Origin: Rhodospirillales bacterium
GTDB taxonomy: Bacteria > Pseudomonadota > Alphaproteobacteria > Rhodospirillales > JAPHRK01
DNA length: 64,000 nucleotides
NCBI GenBank assembly: GCA_026196105.1
Contig: JAPHRK010000005.1
Coordinates: forward strand, 7,636 to 71,635
Reading direction: 5' to 3'
Of the stretch, positions 60,773 through 64,000 are shown one piece after another. A model generated the notes under the pieces. The model worked only from the letters and a program-made list of their open reading frames with translations. It did not search any database and had not been told where the DNA came from. Within the stretch, counting starts at the first letter, position 1. Each line of letters opens with the position of its first letter. Position numbers and translations under genes: made by a program.

Positions 60773-61535
60773 TAGCTTCTTCCTTTGGTCTTAGAACGTG
60801 GTGGAATTCTTTGGCATAGAGGCGGCTGTCGGGGAATTTAGATTCTCCGAAAACATGCCCAACCAAAATAAGAGCAGTGCGAGTGATGCCAGAGTCTTTT
60901 ACCTTATCTCGGATATCCGCCAAGGTGCCTTTGATGAATTGCTCATCAGGCCAACTGGCACGATAGGCCATAATGACGGGGCAATCTGCGCCGTAATGAG
61001 GGGTGAGCTTTTTCACAACATGGGCCATGTTGTTGACTGAGAGGTGGATGGCTAAGGTTGCTCCGCTTTTACCTAGAGTATCCAGATCTTCCCCTTCGGG
61101 CATGCCAGAGCTGCGAACAGATGTTCGGGTGAGGATCACGGTTTGGGCGATATCAGGCAAGGTTAGTTCGGTACACAATGAAGCTGCTGCTGCTGCATAA
61201 GCTGAAACTCCAGGGGTGACGTCATACTCGATACCAAGCTCGTCTAAGCGACGCATTTGTTCGGCAATGGCGCCGTAGATTGATGGGTCACCTGAATGAA
61301 CCCGTGCCACGTCCTTGCCTTCTTCATGAGCCACCCTGATTTCCTCAATGATCTCTTCAAGGTTCATCGGGGCTGTATCAAGCACCCGGGCGTTTGGGGC
61401 AGCAGATTTTACAATTTCTTCAGGAACAAGTGAGCCAGCATAAAGAACCACTGGGGCGTTTTCGATGAGCTTAAGCCCTCGAACCGTAATAAGGTCAGCG
61501 GCACCGGGTCCGGCACCAATAAAATGAACGATCAA
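60765..61535 (-). CDS. cobM: Precorrin-4 C11-methyltransferase
   Basis: VHFIGAGPGAADLITVRG, YAGSLVP, RVHSGDPSIYGAIAEQ, YRASWPD. Confidence 0.96.
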   Translation of the reverse strand: MIVHFIGAGPGAADLITVRGLKLIENAPVVLYAGSLVPEEIVKSAAPNARVLDTAPMNLEEIIEEIRVAHEEGKDVARVHSGDPSIYGAIAEQMRRLDELGIEYDVTPGVSAYAAAAASLCTELTLPDIAQTVILTRTSVRSSGMPEGEDLDTLGKSGATLAIHLSVNNMAHVVKKLTPHYGADCPVIMAYRASWPDEQFIKGTLADIRDKVKDSGITRTALILVGHVFGESKFPDSRLYAKEFHHVLRPKEEANG

Positions 61536-61539
61536 TTTT

Positions 61540-63354
61540 TTATTCCTTCAGGGGTTCCATTTTTTTAGCGTATCCGCGGGGCGTATAGATCCAGGTGTTT
61601 TCGCCCCGCTTGATTAGCTTAGTATTTGAGTTTCCAATCAGGACCAATGTCAGCATATCTGCATGATCCGGCGTTAGCTCGCCTAAAGTGGTGGAGCGGA
61701 TGTTTTCGTCATCTCGGCCTAGGTTCCGCGCTAAGATCACTGGGGTTTCTGGTGGGCGACCTGTCAGTAGAATTTCGCGAGCAATAGGTAATTGAGTTCG
61801 ACGGCGTTTGGAAACGGGATTATAGAGCGCGACAATGAAATCACCATCGGCAACGGCCTTAAGGCGTCTTTCAATATCTTCCCACGGGGTTAGCAAATCT
61901 GAAAGAGAAACGGTGCAGAAATCATGACCGATTGGTGCACCAGTGCGAGCAGCCGCAGCTTGAATAGCTGAAATACCAGGAGAAACCTGAACCGCTACTC
62001 GGTTCCAATCTCCGCGATTTTCGCGGTCTAGAAGTTCAAATGCCAAGGTAGCGAGCGCATAAATTCCTGCGTCCCCAGAACAAACCAAAGCCACGTTGCG
62101 ACCTTCAGCGGCGAGATCAAGGGCTCGACGAACCCGGTTTTCTTCTTGGGCAAGGGCTGATTCGTGTTGCTGCTTGCCAACGATTAATGGGGCAATCAGA
62201 TCAAGGTAAAGCTGGTAGCCCACTACATCAGTTGCTTGAGAGATCAGGTGGCTAACTTCAGGTGTGCGCCATTTCGGTGTTCCCGGGCCAACGCCGACGA
62301 TGGAAAGGACCCCTTGGGGTTTCCCAATGGTAAGAGGATCAATCCCTTTGTTGGCGAGGGCAACAGCGCAAGTTGCTCGATTTGACTTGAATTTTGCAGC
62401 GGCAAGAACCGCATTTTTTCCGCCCCCTGCAGCCGCAAGAGCTGCGCCTTCAGATACTCCATGGCACCCAACTTCTTTGAAAACGATCTCAGAAGGTGTT
62501 TGTAAATAGGGAGCTTGGGCCTCTAACTCTTCAGGGCTAAAGAAGCGTACAGGAATGCCGAGTTCTTTTGCGAGGGCGTGAATGGCAGGTTCGTCAGATT
62601 TTAAATCTATAGAGGCAACGCAAGCGATAGAGGCTTCTGCGAGGGTCTCTTTTTTCATGACATCGCGAACAAGAGCGATCAGCTCATCTGGCTCAGTTCC
62701 CCGCTCACACCCTACCCCTAAGGCTAGGACTGTTGGGTGAAGGATCAGGTCTCCATCTTGGATAACGGGAACTTTGTGAGTGGCGTGGATCGAAGGGGAA
62801 ACCCCCTCTTTAAAAGGAGCGCCAGAATTGCGCAGCCAAGCGACTTCACCTGCCTCAACCTGAAGATCAACTCCATCGCCGCTCAGCATTTTTGCCATTA
62901 CCCCTTTTGCGGCCTCTGGATTGGCAACGTGCCACCCTCTGGGAGGTTCATCCAAGGCGAGACCAAAGCGGAGGTCTCCAGCCGTGGTAATAGATGGTTT
63001 TGTTGAGAATTCATCGGCAATGGTTTTTGCCAATTGGTTTGCCCCGTTATGTCCCCCCAAAAGAGGAACAACTGCAGAGCCATCTTCGGCTACAGCAATA
63101 ACCGATGGCTCTTTGGTTTTGTCATCTAAAACAGGTGCGACAGAGCGAATGAGAATAGCCGAGGCACAAATACCAATGATTGTTGTCCCATTTTCAAACA
63201 AGGTGCGGATATGCTCTTTGGCATTGGTATAGATGATATCGGCTTCTTCAACATTGCTGATCAAGCAATGGATTTTTGAGCCGGGCAGAACTGCCTTAAC
63301 TTGTTTTGCGATGTTGAGGCCACTGGCACCCAGAATAATAATAGCCGTGGTCAT
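61540..63354 (-). CDS. cobJ: CbiG-like domain fused to precorrin-3B C17-methyltransferase
   Basis: N-terminal VVPLLGGHNGAN, LGVGCERG, GVSEGAA; C-terminal VGVGPG, SGDAGIY, SLSDLLTPW, LYNP, TPRGY. Confidence 0.93.
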   Translation of the reverse strand: MTTAIIILGASGLNIAKQVKAVLPGSKIHCLISNVEEADIIYTNAKEHIRTLFENGTTIIGICASAILIRSVAPVLDDKTKEPSVIAVAEDGSAVVPLLGGHNGANQLAKTIADEFSTKPSITTAGDLRFGLALDEPPRGWHVANPEAAKGVMAKMLSGDGVDLQVEAGEVAWLRNSGAPFKEGVSPSIHATHKVPVIQDGDLILHPTVLALGVGCERGTEPDELIALVRDVMKKETLAEASIACVASIDLKSDEPAIHALAKELGIPVRFFSPEELEAQAPYLQTPSEIVFKEVGCHGVSEGAALAAAGGGKNAVLAAAKFKSNRATCAVALANKGIDPLTIGKPQGVLSIVGVGPGTPKWRTPEVSHLISQATDVVGYQLYLDLIAPLIVGKQQHESALAQEENRVRRALDLAAEGRNVALVCSGDAGIYALATLAFELLDRENRGDWNRVAVQVSPGISAIQAAAARTGAPIGHDFCTVSLSDLLTPWEDIERRLKAVADGDFIVALYNPVSKRRRTQLPIAREILLTGRPPETPVILARNLGRDDENIRSTTLGELTPDHADMLTLVLIGNSNTKLIKRGENTWIYTPRGYAKKMEPLKE

Positions 63355-64000
63355 ACCCAGGCCTCTCCTCGTTTTTGTACTAAAATCATTGAAAAATAGG
63401 GTGCTTTTGCTTTTTCAAGCTCAGCAATCGTAAGGGTTTTTGTGTTGGTCATAGTAGCATGTTCAACATAAATAGCCTTCTCTGTCAGGTCTAATTTCTT
63501 CAAGACCCTGACAATTTTATCCAAGTGTCGCCCTACCTTCATAATGGCGGCAGCATCTGTATCGGCTAGACGCCTTTCAAGTTCATCCTCACCCAAAGGC
63601 CCAGGTAAAACCGTCAAGATATCTTTGCGTGAGGCCAAAGGAAAGTTGGCTTGAGCAGCACAGGCCATCAGGGACGAAACACCGGGTATGATTTCACTGT
63701 CATAGCGATGGGCCAAGCGCTCAAAAATATACATGAACGAGCCGTAGAAGAAGGGGTCGCCTTCACACAGCACCGCAACGTCGCGTCCTTCTTCTAGATG
63801 ATCTTCGATCACCACGGCATATTCGTCATAAACATCATGGGCGGGCGTATTGCCTGCAACCATGGGGGTGCGAATGATGATTTCTTCTTGATTTCCCGGT
63901 AAATGACTCTCAACTATCGAGCGCGCCAAGCTATCCCCCTTGTCAGGGGCAGGGTAAGCTATCACGGTCGCTTTTTGTAATATTTTGAGGGCTTTGAGAG
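63351..64000 (-). CDS. cobI: Precorrin-2 C20-methyltransferase (5' end beyond the window)
   Basis: Frame stays open to the edge (LKALKILQKATVIAYP); LCEGDPFFYGSF, PGVSS, MKVGRH, APYFS. Confidence 0.93.
   Translation of the reverse strand, partial: LKALKILQKATVIAYPAPDKGDSLARSIVESHLPGNQEEIIIRTPMVAGNTPAHDVYDEYAVVIEDHLEEGRDVAVLCEGDPFFYGSFMYIFERLAHRYDSEIIPGVSSLMACAAQANFPLASRKDILTVLPGPLGEDELERRLADTDAAAIMKVGRHLDKIVRVLKKLDLTEKAIYVEHATMTNTKTLTIAELEKAKAPYFSMILVQKRGEAWV

Noticed and set aside
61540-63354. CbiG-CobJ fusion as a novelty
   Set aside because: This fusion is well known in cobalamin operons

Overview
Core chromosomal segment of an alphaproteobacterium. Gene order and protein signatures point to Rhodospirillales, possibly marine; this is inference, not a database result. 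Left third: ubiE(partial)-mutM-enoyl-CoA hydratase-rpsT-dnaA-dnaN-recF-gyrB, a pentapeptide-repeat gene, uvrC-pgsA-mobB-moeA-moaD-moaE-LOG, ilvE and a MarR/OmpR/EnvZ-like cluster. Middle: csaA, a phasin, TetR, proC, ybjN, two diguanylate cyclases, a branched-chain-type ABC transporter with LysR and feruloyl-CoA synthetase-like ligase, gapdh-arsJ, a split MCP/PAS chemoreceptor pair, and a GT2/CDP-alcohol phosphotransferase/PHP/DUF2062 cluster. Right: an orphan response regulator, ilvD, murJ-trpS, FkbM, phoR, nadCBA with a NadQ operator, a eukaryote-like phosphagen kinase, nadQ and cobM-cobJ-cobI(partial). I saw no tRNA, rRNA, CRISPR array, IS or prophage. Best leads: (1) the phosphagen kinase inserted in the nad locus; (2) a pentapeptide-repeat protein 23 bp behind gyrB, followed by an AT-rich DnaA-box/IHF-like region; (3) gapdh-arsJ without arsR but with a Pho-box-like promoter; (4) a possible uncharacterised lipid head-group cluster; (5) an unannotated 59-aa Cys-rich protein divergent from an orphan regulator; (6) NrdR-like plus DnaA boxes upstream of ybjN-proC. 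All family calls come from motif recognition by eye.
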